Assembly (NCBI GenBank): GCA_963790475.1 | Contig: CAWBOS010000006.1 | Location: forward strand, 288,001-352,000 | DNA length: 64,000 bases | Reading direction: 5' to 3' | From: an uncultured delta proteobacterium | Lineage (GTDB): Bacteria; Desulfobacterota; RBG-13-43-22 | Shown here: positions 22,280 through 31,962 of the stretch, in pieces | How the letters are laid out: each line of letters begins with the position of its first letter | Numbering within the stretch: position 1 is the stretch's first letter | Position numbers and translations under genes: made by a program | The notes under the pieces: generated by a model | Databases searched by the model: none | Seen by the model: the letters and a program-made list of their open reading frames with translations, nothing else | What the model was told of the DNA's origin: nothing

Positions 22280-23719
22280 ATGAACGTAAGAACCACCGTT
22301 AAATCCATTCAAGATATCATGCGCCAGGATGTCGGTGTTGACGGCGATGCCCAACGCATCTCTCAGCTCTGCTGGATGTTTTTCCTCAAGATCATTGACG
22401 ACAAAGATAAAGAGCTGGAGACCTTTCAGAAGGGTTACCGTTCGCCCATTCCCCAAAACCTCCAGTGGCGGACCTGGGCCGCAAACCCCGAAGGCCTGAC
22501 CGGGGAGGGCCTGCTGATCTTCATTAATGACGAGCTTTTCCCAAAGCTTAAGGAGCTGCCCGAGGCCGGGCAAAACGGCCGCCGATTGGTGGTGCGTGAT
22601 GTTTTCGCAGATGCTTACAATTACATGAAGTCCGGCCAGCTCCTGCGACAAGTTATCAATAAGATCAGTGAGGTTGATTTTAACAATTTGGTCGAGCGGC
22701 AGCATTTCGGCGACATTTACGAACAGATCTTAAATGATCTCCAGAGTGCCGGCAATGCTGGTGAGTATTACACCCCGCGGGCCGTCACGGCCTTTATGGC
22801 CGACCGCATCGACCCTAAACCGGGAGAAATCCTCCTTGACCCGGCCTGCGGCACCGGCGGTTTTCTGACCTGCGCCGTTCGCCATATGCGCGAGCACTAT
22901 GTAAAAACCCCGGCCGATGAACAAAAAATGCAAAAGGCTCTAAGGGCTACGGAGAAGAAACAGCTTCCTCATATGCTCTGTGTCACCAATATGTTGCTTC
23001 ACGGTATCGACGACCCCTCTTTTGTCCGTCATGATAACACCCTGGCCCGGCCCTATGTCAGCTACACCAAGTCCGATCGAGTGGATATTGTCCTCACCAA
23101 TCCGCCTTTCGGCGGGCGTGAGGAAGACGGCATAGAGACCAACTTTCCGAAAAATTTCCAGACCCGGGAGACGGCCGACCTCTTTCTGGCCTTGATCGTT
23201 CGCTTGCTCAAACCAACCGGACGCACGGCCATCGTCCTGCCCGACGGCACCCTCTTCGGCGAAGGGGTTAAAACCCGCTTGAAGGAACATTTGCTTACAG
23301 AATGCAATCTCCACACCATCGTCCGCCTGCCCAACAGTGTCTTCAAACCCTACGCTTCTATCGGCACCAATCTTCTTTTTTTCGAAAAGGGCACATCTAC
23401 CAAAGAAATCTGGTTCTATGAGCACCGCGTCCCTGAGGGCCAAAAGGCCTACTCCATGACCAGGCCCATTCGATTCGAGCACCTGAAACCCTGTGTCGAG
23501 TGGTGGGACAAACGGGAAACGAATGAGGTCGCCTGGAAAGTGACCATCGATGAGATTAAGGCCCGAAACTATAATCTTGATTTCAAAAATCCCCATACCG
23601 TGGAGGAAGATCACGGAGACCCGGTGGAATTAATGGCCAAGCTGCAAGAGAGCGAACGGGAAACGGCCAAACTGCGGGACAAATTAAAGGCTATACTGGA
23701 AGAGGCCTTGCTTCGATGA
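22280..23719 (+). CDS. hsdM: Type I R-M N6-adenine methyltransferase subunit M
   Basis: GEYYTPR, DPACGTGGF, NPPFG. Confidence 0.96.
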   Translation: MNVRTTVKSIQDIMRQDVGVDGDAQRISQLCWMFFLKIIDDKDKELETFQKGYRSPIPQNLQWRTWAANPEGLTGEGLLIFINDELFPKLKELPEAGQNGRRLVVRDVFADAYNYMKSGQLLRQVINKISEVDFNNLVERQHFGDIYEQILNDLQSAGNAGEYYTPRAVTAFMADRIDPKPGEILLDPACGTGGFLTCAVRHMREHYVKTPADEQKMQKALRATEKKQLPHMLCVTNMLLHGIDDPSFVRHDNTLARPYVSYTKSDRVDIVLTNPPFGGREEDGIETNFPKNFQTRETADLFLALIVRLLKPTGRTAIVLPDGTLFGEGVKTRLKEHLLTECNLHTIVRLPNSVFKPYASIGTNLLFFEKGTSTKEIWFYEHRVPEGQKAYSMTRPIRFEHLKPCVEWWDKRETNEVAWKVTIDEIKARNYNLDFKNPHTVEEDHGDPVELMAKLQESERETAKLRDKLKAILEEALLR

Positions 23720-23981
23720 AACCGCAGAATACATAGGAAGATATAAACCGCAGAATACGCAGAACAAGCAGAAAATTATCTTCGATTCCTTCCCTTCTGC
23801 GTCCTCTGCGTGTTCTGCGGTAATAAAATACCCGTGGTTTTTCTGGTTTACAAAGGCATCTTTACTGTAATTTCCGAGAAGCTTTCTCGGGAATCGGGAT
23901 ATGAACAGCAGAATACGCAGAACAGGCGGAAAAAGACAATTGGTTTAGACCCTTCTGCGTCCTCGGCGTGTTCTGCGGTTT
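23719..23981. repeat. Cluster of inverted-repeat arms (AAACCGCAGAATAC / CCTTCTGCGTCCTCNGCGTGTTCTGCGGT)
   Basis: Left arms 23719, 23745, 23904; right arms 23793-23821 and 23951-23981; further right arms at 25037-25067 and 25921-25947. Confidence 0.85.
23836..23894. repeat. ~59-bp repeat with palindrome TTCCGAGAA-GCT-TTCTCGG, copy 1
   Basis: Near-identical to 31963-32022. Confidence 0.85.
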
Positions 23982-24005
23982 GTGGTATTGTGACCTATTT
24001 TTTTC

Positions 24006-24093
24006 TTGACATTTACGGGATGATAATGGCAAAATACTTTCAACAATACCCGCCAAGCCTCTCAACGATGCTCAAATTGGCGGGTTACTTTTT
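24006..24093 (+). promoter_or_regulatory. Putative promoter and hairpin leader RNA (candidate abiF-type RNA/attenuator) upstream of the Abi gene
   Basis: TTGACA 24006; ACCCGCCAA(24048-56)-N20-TTGGCGGGT(24077-85) then TACTTTTT, just before the RBS. Confidence 0.6.
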
Positions 24094-24104
24094 GGTGGGA
24101 AGGG

Positions 24105-25022
24105 ATGAACGCCAATAAACCGCCAAAGACCTACCTCGAACAGCTTGAAATCCTTAAGAATAGGGGTATGGACGTCAAAGATGAAGGCAAGGCCATCCAT
24201 ATCCTTGAACACCATAATTACTATCGCCTTTCAGCTTACCGTTTTCCTTTTGTAGAAAAATCCAATCCTGATCGATATCTTCCTGGGACGACCTTCGAGG
24301 ATCTGTGGTCGTTATACTGCTTTGATCGCGGACTTCGTCAATTGGTGAACGAGGCTTGTAAACGTGTTGAAATCTCAGTCCGGGCGCGGTGGGCCTATGT
24401 GCTCGGGCATGCCTACCGCCCTCAGGCTTACAAAGACCCTGCCAATTTTCGGGACCATCCTCTACATACCAGACAACTTGCCACTCTTGATGAAGAACTA
24501 AATCGCAGTGATGAGGTTTTCGTTACCCATTACCGGAACAAATACGGGATGAATCGTCCGCCTATCTGGGCTGCCTGCGAGGTTATGTCCTTCGGGCTCC
24601 TAAGCCGTTTTTATACAAATATTCGGCGAGATCGAGATAAGAAACAGATTGCCCAGACTTACCAACTATCCATTGATAGCTTAAAGTCTCTACTGGAACA
24701 CACCGTTTATCTGCGCAACCTATGCGCTCACCATTCACGGCTCTGGAACCGTCGGTTTACCGTAACCGTGGCTTTGCCTACCTCAAGGCCGCCCGCGCTG
24801 ATCCCGAATTTCTCTCCGACACAAGACCGACGTCTCTATAACTCTCTTGTCCTGCTTATCCATATGCTGCAGATCATCGAGCCGGATAGCCACTGGCCGT
24901 TGAGGTTGATGGATCATATCAGACGTCTTGACCCAAAACTAATCCCTAATATGGGCTTCCCGACCGATTGGCAGTTGCTCCCGATCTGGCAGGGAATCCT
25001 GGGCAAAAGAAATACCGTATGA
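24105..25022 (+). CDS. Abi family protein (Abi_2/AbiD/AbiF-like HEPN RNase)
   Basis: EQLEILKNRGM, NYYRLSAY, LYCFDRGLR, PPIW..EVMSFG, HEPN RNLCAHH. Confidence 0.9.
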   Translation: MNANKPPKTYLEQLEILKNRGMDVKDEGKAIHILEHHNYYRLSAYRFPFVEKSNPDRYLPGTTFEDLWSLYCFDRGLRQLVNEACKRVEISVRARWAYVLGHAYRPQAYKDPANFRDHPLHTRQLATLDEELNRSDEVFVTHYRNKYGMNRPPIWAACEVMSFGLLSRFYTNIRRDRDKKQIAQTYQLSIDSLKSLLEHTVYLRNLCAHHSRLWNRRFTVTVALPTSRPPALIPNFSPTQDRRLYNSLVLLIHMLQIIEPDSHWPLRLMDHIRRLDPKLIPNMGFPTDWQLLPIWQGILGKRNTV

Positions 25023-26791
25023 AAATTGATTCCCATCCTTCTGCGTCTTCGGCGTGTTCTGCGGTTTTGCAATATTTCGACCAGATCAGCGAAGCCCCCG
25101 ATTCCATCCAGCGCCTGCGGCGGTTTATTCTTGACCTGGCTGTGCGGGGGAAGTTGGTAGAGCAGAACCCAAACGATGAGCCGGCGGCGGAGTTGTTGAA
25201 GAGGATCGAGGAGGAGAAATACCGGATACAAAAAGCAAGTCAAAGTAAGAAGGAGAATTTTTTTGGAACTATTAAAGAAGATGAAATCCCATTTTCTGTT
25301 CCACCAAGCTGGGGTTGGGCCAGATTAGGGAATATCACTACTTATATTCAGCGTGGAAAATTGCCCCAATATTCAACTGGGTATGGCCCTTCTGTTATTT
25401 CACAAAAATGCATACAACGGGATGGCCTTCATATGGAGTGGGCAAAATTCCTGGTGCCGGAGTCCTTAGAAAACTATGAACCTGTTCGGTTTCTACAAGA
25501 TGGCGATCTTCTTTGGAACTCAACAGGAACCGGGACCATTGGCCGTGTAATTCGTGTTGATCATCCATCCGAGCCGCTAGTTTGCGATAGTCATGTAACT
25601 GTCATCCGTTGCCTTTTTGTTGATGAGAGATTTATCTGCATTTGGCTTCGCGCAGATTATGTTTATGGAACAATAGAGGATCGAGCAACAGGGGCTACGA
25701 AACAGGTTGAATTGACGGCATCAATGGCAAACAGCCAAATTACACCCCTTCCACCTCTCGCCGAACAACACCGGATCGTGGCCAAGGTGGATGAACTGAT
25801 GAAACTTTGCGATGAGCTGGAAGCAGCCCAGCAGAAGCGTGAGAGTCGACGGGACCGGTTGATTACCGCCGCGCTTAACAAACTAACCGATGAAACAGAA
25901 AATAAATCAATTCTAAAGTTTTCTATATCTTCCGCCTGTTCTGCGGTCTCACGGCCTACACATATACACCAACTCCGCCAGACCATCCTCAACCTCGCTG
26001 TCCGCGGCAAAATTGTCTCACAAAACTCAATGGACGAATCTGCTTCTGATCTGCTCGAACTAATCGCTCAGGAGCAACGGCTCTTAATAGAAAATGGACA
26101 CTTGAAGAGACGCATGCATTTGGATGATTCAAAGGTATTCCGTGGTCCTCATTCTATCCCAAAACACTGGCTTTGGGTCCCATTGGCCAAGTTAATTACC
26201 TTCGGGCCGCAAAATGGTGTTTCCCCGAAACCGACGAACGATGTGAAGGCGCCGAAGGCTTTAACGCTCACGGCAACTACCTCCGGCTATTTTAATTCCA
26301 CCCATTATAAGCATATTGAACTGAATGAGGCAGCCTGTGAACATTATTGGCTCAGTCCGGGTGACGTCCTTTTTCAGCGGGGCAACACAAGGGAATACGT
26401 TGGGATTGCGGCGGCATTCGACGGTCCGGAACAATCCTTTATCTTTCCCGATCTGATGATTCGAGTCCGATTTTCGAAGTCCCTGGATCTTCGATATATT
26501 CATACGGCACTTATTTCACCACCATTACGCCGATACTTTTCAGAGAGAGCATCTGGAGCATCGTCTTCGATGCCTAAGATTAGCCAAGGGGTCTTACTCA
26601 ATGCGCCTATTCCGCTACCACCCCTATCTGAACAACATCGGATCCTGGAGAGGATAGACATACTTATGGCGCTGTGCGCTGGCCTGGAAGCCAGCTTGAC
26701 TACCACTGCAACCACCCGCCTTCAACTCCTCAATGCCACCCTTGCCGAAATTTTTTCTGAGAGGAGTGAACTTCAAAAAGTAACCATATGA
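25019..26791 (+). CDS. hsdS: Type I R-M specificity subunit S
   Basis: ATG overlaps Abi stop (ATGA); two LR..IL.LAVRGK conserved blocks, two TRDs, PLPPL.EQHRI twice. Confidence 0.93.
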   Translation: MKIDSHPSASSACSAVLQYFDQISEAPDSIQRLRRFILDLAVRGKLVEQNPNDEPAAELLKRIEEEKYRIQKASQSKKENFFGTIKEDEIPFSVPPSWGWARLGNITTYIQRGKLPQYSTGYGPSVISQKCIQRDGLHMEWAKFLVPESLENYEPVRFLQDGDLLWNSTGTGTIGRVIRVDHPSEPLVCDSHVTVIRCLFVDERFICIWLRADYVYGTIEDRATGATKQVELTASMANSQITPLPPLAEQHRIVAKVDELMKLCDELEAAQQKRESRRDRLITAALNKLTDETENKSILKFSISSACSAVSRPTHIHQLRQTILNLAVRGKIVSQNSMDESASDLLELIAQEQRLLIENGHLKRRMHLDDSKVFRGPHSIPKHWLWVPLAKLITFGPQNGVSPKPTNDVKAPKALTLTATTSGYFNSTHYKHIELNEAACEHYWLSPGDVLFQRGNTREYVGIAAAFDGPEQSFIFPDLMIRVRFSKSLDLRYIHTALISPPLRRYFSERASGASSSMPKISQGVLLNAPIPLPPLSEQHRILERIDILMALCAGLEASLTTTATTRLQLLNATLAEIFSERSELQKVTI

Positions 26792-26899
26792 AATCCTTCT
26801 TATCCTGTTATGATAGGCGCCGATTACCGATCACTAACCGTTCTGTCGGAGAAAACTGAAAAAGGAACAAATTTAAGACTCGAATGGGAGGGGGAAGAC

Positions 26900-28771
26900 A
26901 TGAAACTTAAACGGCTCCGCGTTAGGAACTTCCGCTGTTTCAAAGATGAAATTGCGTTTGATTTTGATGAGATGACTGCTTTTGTCGGGAAAAATGATGT
27001 AGGAAAGTCTACTGTAATGGATTCCCTTGATATTTTCTTGAACGAAGGTACGCCTGATAAGAATGATGCCTCCAAGCATGGTGATGGGAAGGATCTCACC
27101 ATCATCTGTGAATTCACGGATCTCCCTGATGAAGTTATCATCGATGATAATGTTCCAACTACCTTTCAAGGTGAGTATTTACTGAACGAAAATGATTCTT
27201 TGGAAATTCACAAAACATATAGCGGCCATACTGCAACGCCGAAGTGTACAAATATCGCTGCTTATGCCGTACATCCGACCGCAGAAGGTGCCAATGATTT
27301 ATTGCAGTTAAAAAATCCTGAATTAAAGAAGCGGGCAAAAGAATATAAGGTTGGCTTGGCGGGAGTAGATCAAAAGGTAAACGCACAATTACGTAGGGGT
27401 ATTCGGGACTCTATTGGGGACCTGAAACTACATCCCGTCATGGTACTGCTTAACGAAGAAAATGCAAAGAAAGCATGGGATGGGATCAAGACATACATTC
27501 CATCATTAGCTCTTTTTAAATCTGACCGCCAGAGCACCGATCAAGACCCGGAAGCTCAGGACCCGTTAAGGATGGCTGTTAAGGAGGCTATCAAGGAAAA
27601 GGAGACTGAACTTAACGCAATCGCTACTCATGTGGAAGCCGAGGTAAGACGGATTTCTGAAAAAACCTTAGAAAAGCTTAGAGATATGGACCCGAACCTG
27701 GCAAGAGAATTAAACCCGCAGATAAATATCAAAAAGTGGGATACACTATTTAATGTCAGCATAACTGGTGACGAAAACATCCCAATCAATAAGCGGGGTA
27801 GTGGTGTAAAACGGTTAATATTGCTAAATTTTTTTAGGGCCAAGGCAGAACAACAGGCCAGGGAGCGAAGTGATGCCCCTATCATTTATGCAATCGAAGA
27901 ACCTGAAACCAGCCAACATCCACATAACCAAAGGCTGTTGGTAAGCGCTTTAATGGATCTGTCTTTAGATAATCAAATCATCATAACTACCCACACACCG
28001 GTGCTCGCCAGGATGTTGCCTGACCAATGTCTTCGCTACATTCATCTAAAAAATGATGAGTCTCGGGAGGTGCTTCAAGGCGGTGGGGAGACTAACAAGC
28101 TGTTGGCAAAATCTCTGGGTGTTCTTCCGGACAATTCGATTAGGCTCTTCGTAGGAGTTGAGGGAAAGCATGACATCACCTTTCTTAAAAATATTTCGAA
28201 GGTGTTGCGACAAATGGGCGTGGATGTCCTCGACCTCGAAAATATGGAGTTGAACGGTGAACTTATATTCTTTCCCCTTGGTGGCTCATCTCTGGCGTTG
28301 TGGACTTCTCGTCTTGAGCCTTTATGTCGACCCGAATTCCATCTTTTTGATCGTGAAAACCAACTACCGATAGGAGCCAAGTATCAGGCCGAGGCTGATG
28401 CCATAAACCTGCGGGATAGATGCAAGGCCTCTATCACTGGTAAGAAAGAGATGGAAAATTATATTCACTTCGAGGCAATCAACGAAGCGTACACCCAGCA
28501 GTCCGGCCTCTCGCTGGGGCTTACAACAAATTTCGATGACTTCGAAGATGTACCAGCCAAGATTGCTGAACTCATTCATAACAAATCTGAAACTAAAAAG
28601 CCATGGACAGAATTGGAGATTGATACTCGAGACAAGAAGATTTCAAAGGTAAAGAAAACCCTTAATCACTTTGCGGTACAGTTGATGACGAAAGAACGAC
28701 TAAATCAAGTTGATCCGGACGCTCATGTTCTTGGATGGTTTCAACAAATGAAGCAACTGATCGAGATGTAG
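26900..28771 (+). CDS. OLD-family ATP-dependent nuclease (ABC-ATPase + TOPRIM)
   Basis: NFRCF, GKNDVGKS, RGSGVKR, IEEPETSQHP, TTH, TOPRIM VEGKHD and FDRE, EMENY. Confidence 0.88.
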   Translation: MKLKRLRVRNFRCFKDEIAFDFDEMTAFVGKNDVGKSTVMDSLDIFLNEGTPDKNDASKHGDGKDLTIICEFTDLPDEVIIDDNVPTTFQGEYLLNENDSLEIHKTYSGHTATPKCTNIAAYAVHPTAEGANDLLQLKNPELKKRAKEYKVGLAGVDQKVNAQLRRGIRDSIGDLKLHPVMVLLNEENAKKAWDGIKTYIPSLALFKSDRQSTDQDPEAQDPLRMAVKEAIKEKETELNAIATHVEAEVRRISEKTLEKLRDMDPNLARELNPQINIKKWDTLFNVSITGDENIPINKRGSGVKRLILLNFFRAKAEQQARERSDAPIIYAIEEPETSQHPHNQRLLVSALMDLSLDNQIIITTHTPVLARMLPDQCLRYIHLKNDESREVLQGGGETNKLLAKSLGVLPDNSIRLFVGVEGKHDITFLKNISKVLRQMGVDVLDLENMELNGELIFFPLGGSSLALWTSRLEPLCRPEFHLFDRENQLPIGAKYQAEADAINLRDRCKASITGKKEMENYIHFEAINEAYTQQSGLSLGLTTNFDDFEDVPAKIAELIHNKSETKKPWTELEIDTRDKKISKVKKTLNHFAVQLMTKERLNQVDPDAHVLGWFQQMKQLIEM

Positions 28772-28817
28772 AAAAATGAGATCTAATCGCGGATACACAG
28801 ATTAATTGGATAGCGCC

Positions 28818-31097
28818 ATGCTAGAACGGAAACCGTCAAAAGTTCAAGCTGGGGAAGTGACCTATGAACTGCATTCTCTTGGCTGGAAAGCCTTTCAGAA
28901 CCTTTGCATTACGATAACCTCAGAGGTGTGGGGTCAAGTTGTCCAGAGTTTTTTCGATTCTCGTGATGGAGGGAGAGATGGTGCTTTTCATGGAACCTGG
29001 GAACCAATCGCCGGCGAATCGTTTCAGGGATCGTTCACGGTACAGTGCAAGTTCACCGCCAAGGCTGACAAGAATCTTCAACTTTCCGAACTAAAGGATG
29101 AATTTGCCAAGGCTCAACGCCTTGCCTCGCGTGGGTTGGCGGAGAACTACTTCCTCTTCACCAACTCTCGCCTGTCCGGAGTGACCGATGAAAAAATAAA
29201 AGAAGCTTTTCAAGCCGTTCCAGGCATCAGGCGTTTTGCAGCTTATGGTTATGACTGGATTTCCCATATAATTCGAGAGTCTCCACGACTCCGAATGTTG
29301 GTCCCACGTGTTTATGGTCTCGGCGACCTTAGTCAGATTCTCGATGAACGGGCTTACACACAAGCACGAGAAATCTTGAGTGCGTTAGGGGACGATTTGG
29401 CGAAATTCGTTATCACGGATGCCTACCAAAAAAGTGCCAAGGCCTTGGTGCAGCATGGCTTCGTACTGCTACTTGGGGAACCCGCTTGCGGGAAATCAAC
29501 TATTGCTGCCGCATTGGGGCTTGGCGCTTTGGATGAATGGGGTTGTTCAACCATAAAGATTCGTGACGCTGATGATTTTGTAAAACACAGTAACCCTAAT
29601 GAGCCAAAGCAGTTCTTTTGGATGGATGATGCTTTTGGAGCAACACAATTCGACTGGGCTAGCACGACCGCATGGAATCGAATATTTCCTCATATGCACG
29701 CCGCAATTCGTAGGGGTGCCCGTGTCCTTTTCACATCTCGCGACTATATCTATCGTTCGGCACGACAGCACCTCAAAGAGACTGCCTTCCCACTAATGAA
29801 AGAATCGCAGGTTGTTATTTACGCCGAGAAGTTGACCAACGATGAACGCGAGCAGATTCTCTACAATCACATCAAGCTTGGAACTCAACCCAAGGAGTTT
29901 AAGGGGAAGGTTAAACCTTTCTTACCGGAAGTAGCTGCTCACCGCAGATTTAGCCCCGAAATCGCACGAAGATTGGGTGACCCTATATTTACGAAGCAAC
30001 TTAATATAACACAATTTGGTCTAGATAATTTTGTAGCCAATCCTTTGGATTTACTCTGTGAGATTATTCGTACGCTTGACGCCAACAGTCGATCAGCTCT
30101 CGCCCTCATATTTATGCATTCAGGAATCCTGCCAAGTCCAATCGAGATAGGCGAAGAAGAGCGAAGTGCAATATCTTATATCGGTGGTTCCGCGGGTGGT
30201 GTCCGGGAAGCACTCAATGCGTTAAATGAGAGTTTACTCATTCAGTCTTTTCAAAACAATAGTCATGCATGGCGTTTCAAACATCCCACTATTCGCGACG
30301 CTTTTGCCACTCTCATTGCCGAGAATACTGAATTAATGGACATTTATCTCTCCGGGACACCAATTGAAAAGTTGTTTGAAGAGGTGTCCTGCGGCGATGT
30401 CGGCATTCAAGGTGTGAAGGTTATTATTCCTTCTAGCCGATATGATGCCTTACTTACACGTATTGAGAAAGGTGACCTCAAGAAGAATGGGACCTTATAT
30501 CAGTTTCTTGCTTACCGGTGTGATCGTGAGTTCTTAACACGTTTCATCGAAAGGCAACCAAAGTTCATTTCGAATTTACAGGTATGGTCCTATCTGTATG
30601 CGGTTTGGGATGTAGATGTCATCGTTCGTCTACATGAATTTGGCCTTTTGCCAGAAGAGAAGCGAATCGGTGTTGTGGCCGCTATTAAAAATTTGGCCGT
30701 TGATACGCCAGATGCTGGTTTCCTGCAAGGACGAACCCGCAACATTTTTACCGAGGCCGAACTTATAGACATTATTGAGCATGTCCAGGAGAGATTGCTT
30801 CCTGATCTTAACAGTCAAATTGATAATTGGCTCTCGAACTATAACAAAGATACTGACGAATCAGACGAATATTTCAGTGAGCTAAAAAGTGCCCTGGAAG
30901 ACTACCGTAATGAGTTTGAGGATTACCATGATTCCCTTGAATATATCGATGCCGGATTGGCTCGTATTGAGAAAGTCAAAGAAGATTTGCGTTCTGAGGA
31001 TCATAAAAAACCTGACTCAGATGATTACTACGGAAAGGACTCACCAGGCAACGACAGCAATGGGTCTCGATCGATTTTTGATGATGTTGATCTTTAA
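28818..31097 (+). CDS. Restriction-endonuclease-like N-terminal domain fused to STAND-type (nSTAND3-like) NTPase; probable defence protein
   Basis: DGGRDG...VQCK (PD-(D/E)xK-like), Walker A GEPACGKS, Walker B WMDDAFG, TSR, F.HP..RD. Confidence 0.75.
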   Translation: MLERKPSKVQAGEVTYELHSLGWKAFQNLCITITSEVWGQVVQSFFDSRDGGRDGAFHGTWEPIAGESFQGSFTVQCKFTAKADKNLQLSELKDEFAKAQRLASRGLAENYFLFTNSRLSGVTDEKIKEAFQAVPGIRRFAAYGYDWISHIIRESPRLRMLVPRVYGLGDLSQILDERAYTQAREILSALGDDLAKFVITDAYQKSAKALVQHGFVLLLGEPACGKSTIAAALGLGALDEWGCSTIKIRDADDFVKHSNPNEPKQFFWMDDAFGATQFDWASTTAWNRIFPHMHAAIRRGARVLFTSRDYIYRSARQHLKETAFPLMKESQVVIYAEKLTNDEREQILYNHIKLGTQPKEFKGKVKPFLPEVAAHRRFSPEIARRLGDPIFTKQLNITQFGLDNFVANPLDLLCEIIRTLDANSRSALALIFMHSGILPSPIEIGEEERSAISYIGGSAGGVREALNALNESLLIQSFQNNSHAWRFKHPTIRDAFATLIAENTELMDIYLSGTPIEKLFEEVSCGDVGIQGVKVIIPSSRYDALLTRIEKGDLKKNGTLYQFLAYRCDREFLTRFIERQPKFISNLQVWSYLYAVWDVDVIVRLHEFGLLPEEKRIGVVAAIKNLAVDTPDAGFLQGRTRNIFTEAELIDIIEHVQERLLPDLNSQIDNWLSNYNKDTDESDEYFSELKSALEDYRNEFEDYHDSLEYIDAGLARIEKVKEDLRSEDHKKPDSDDYYGKDSPGNDSNGSRSIFDDVDL

Positions 31098-31305
31098 GCG
31101 GAAAGGGACTTAGTTCACTTCATTTAGTAATCGAACGATCATGAAGTAATAAATTAGGGGTCTTTAATCTTGAATACAGCGGTGGGCAATAAAATTTATC
31201 CAGAGATCCTTTGATTTCGAAAAAATCAAGATGGATTAGAAGTTATGCCTTTACCTCTCAGCATCCCTGAGATCCTCAGTAATCGTCCATTAGAATGAGA
31301 GCAGC

Positions 31306-31425
31306 ATGAAATTTATCCACACCGCAGACTAGCAGTTGGGCATGAAGGCCGCCCAGGTGGGCGGGGCCGGGGAACGGGTCCGTGCCGAGAGGCTCAAAAC
31401 CGCGGAGCGGATTGTCAGTCCATAG
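31306..31425 (+). pseudogene. 5' remnant of an SbcD/Mre11-like metallophosphoesterase
   Basis: Reads MKFIHTAD*QLGMKAAQVGGAGERVRAERLKTAERIV; motif HTADW(Q/H)LG with TGG>TAG, then truncated. Confidence 0.7.
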
Positions 31426-31454
31426 TACAGGATTGGGGATACAGGGTTAGTAAG

Positions 31455-31760
31455 TTAAGCTTGTGCTTTTTCCTGTTCGATTCGTTCATGAAGCCACATA
31501 GCCATAAGTTGAGAAAAGGGAATCCCTTTAAGCCTGGCGATTCGTTTGGCCATAGACAAATCAAAAGGATCCATTCGGAGGGAAACCGGCTGACGAGCAG
31601 GACGTTGCGCCATGAAAAGTTCGGCTTCTTCAAGAAGTTTATTAACTTGGACTGAAGTTTCACGGGCAATTCGGGTGTCCCAGTAGGAAGCTTCTTTATT
31701 AAGTTCTCTCTTGATTTTTTTAGGAAGTTTACTCATCTCTTTTTCCGTATGTAGCGTCAT
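31455..31760 (-). CDS. CopG/BrnA-like ribbon-helix-helix antitoxin (orphan)
   Basis: EASYWD, PVSLRMD...AKRIARLKGIPFSQLMAMWLHERI; no adjacent toxin ORF seen. Confidence 0.65.
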   Translation of the reverse strand: MTLHTEKEMSKLPKKIKRELNKEASYWDTRIARETSVQVNKLLEEAELFMAQRPARQPVSLRMDPFDLSMAKRIARLKGIPFSQLMAMWLHERIEQEKAQA

Positions 31761-31962
31761 TTTTTAATTACGTCAAGTAAATTTATTTCCCCAAACGAAA
31801 AGAGGGACGTTCTTCATTCCATTCAGAAATTAAGGGAAAGTTGGGTGGTTGAATTCATTGAATTGGCAGGAGGAAAATAATAAAAAAATGGGACGCTGTC
31901 AGAACGATTGACTCCTGAATTGTAGCGTGGCTTTTCAGAAGATAACCTCTCCAATATGAGAA

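Noticed and set aside
23719-23981. Possible CRISPR array
   Set aside because: Units alternate in orientation, spacing is irregular, no unique equal-length spacers and no cas genes.
24968-25018. Longer TTG-started N-terminus of HsdS from the ORF track
   Set aside because: Overlaps the abi gene; ATG 25019 coupled to the abi stop is more plausible.
26900-28771. Gabija system
   Set aside because: No UvrD-like GajB follows the OLD nuclease.
31330-31332. In-frame TAG as pyrrolysine in the sbcD-like stub
   Set aside because: Replaces a conserved Trp (TGG>TAG) and the frame ends ~30 codons later; simple decay.
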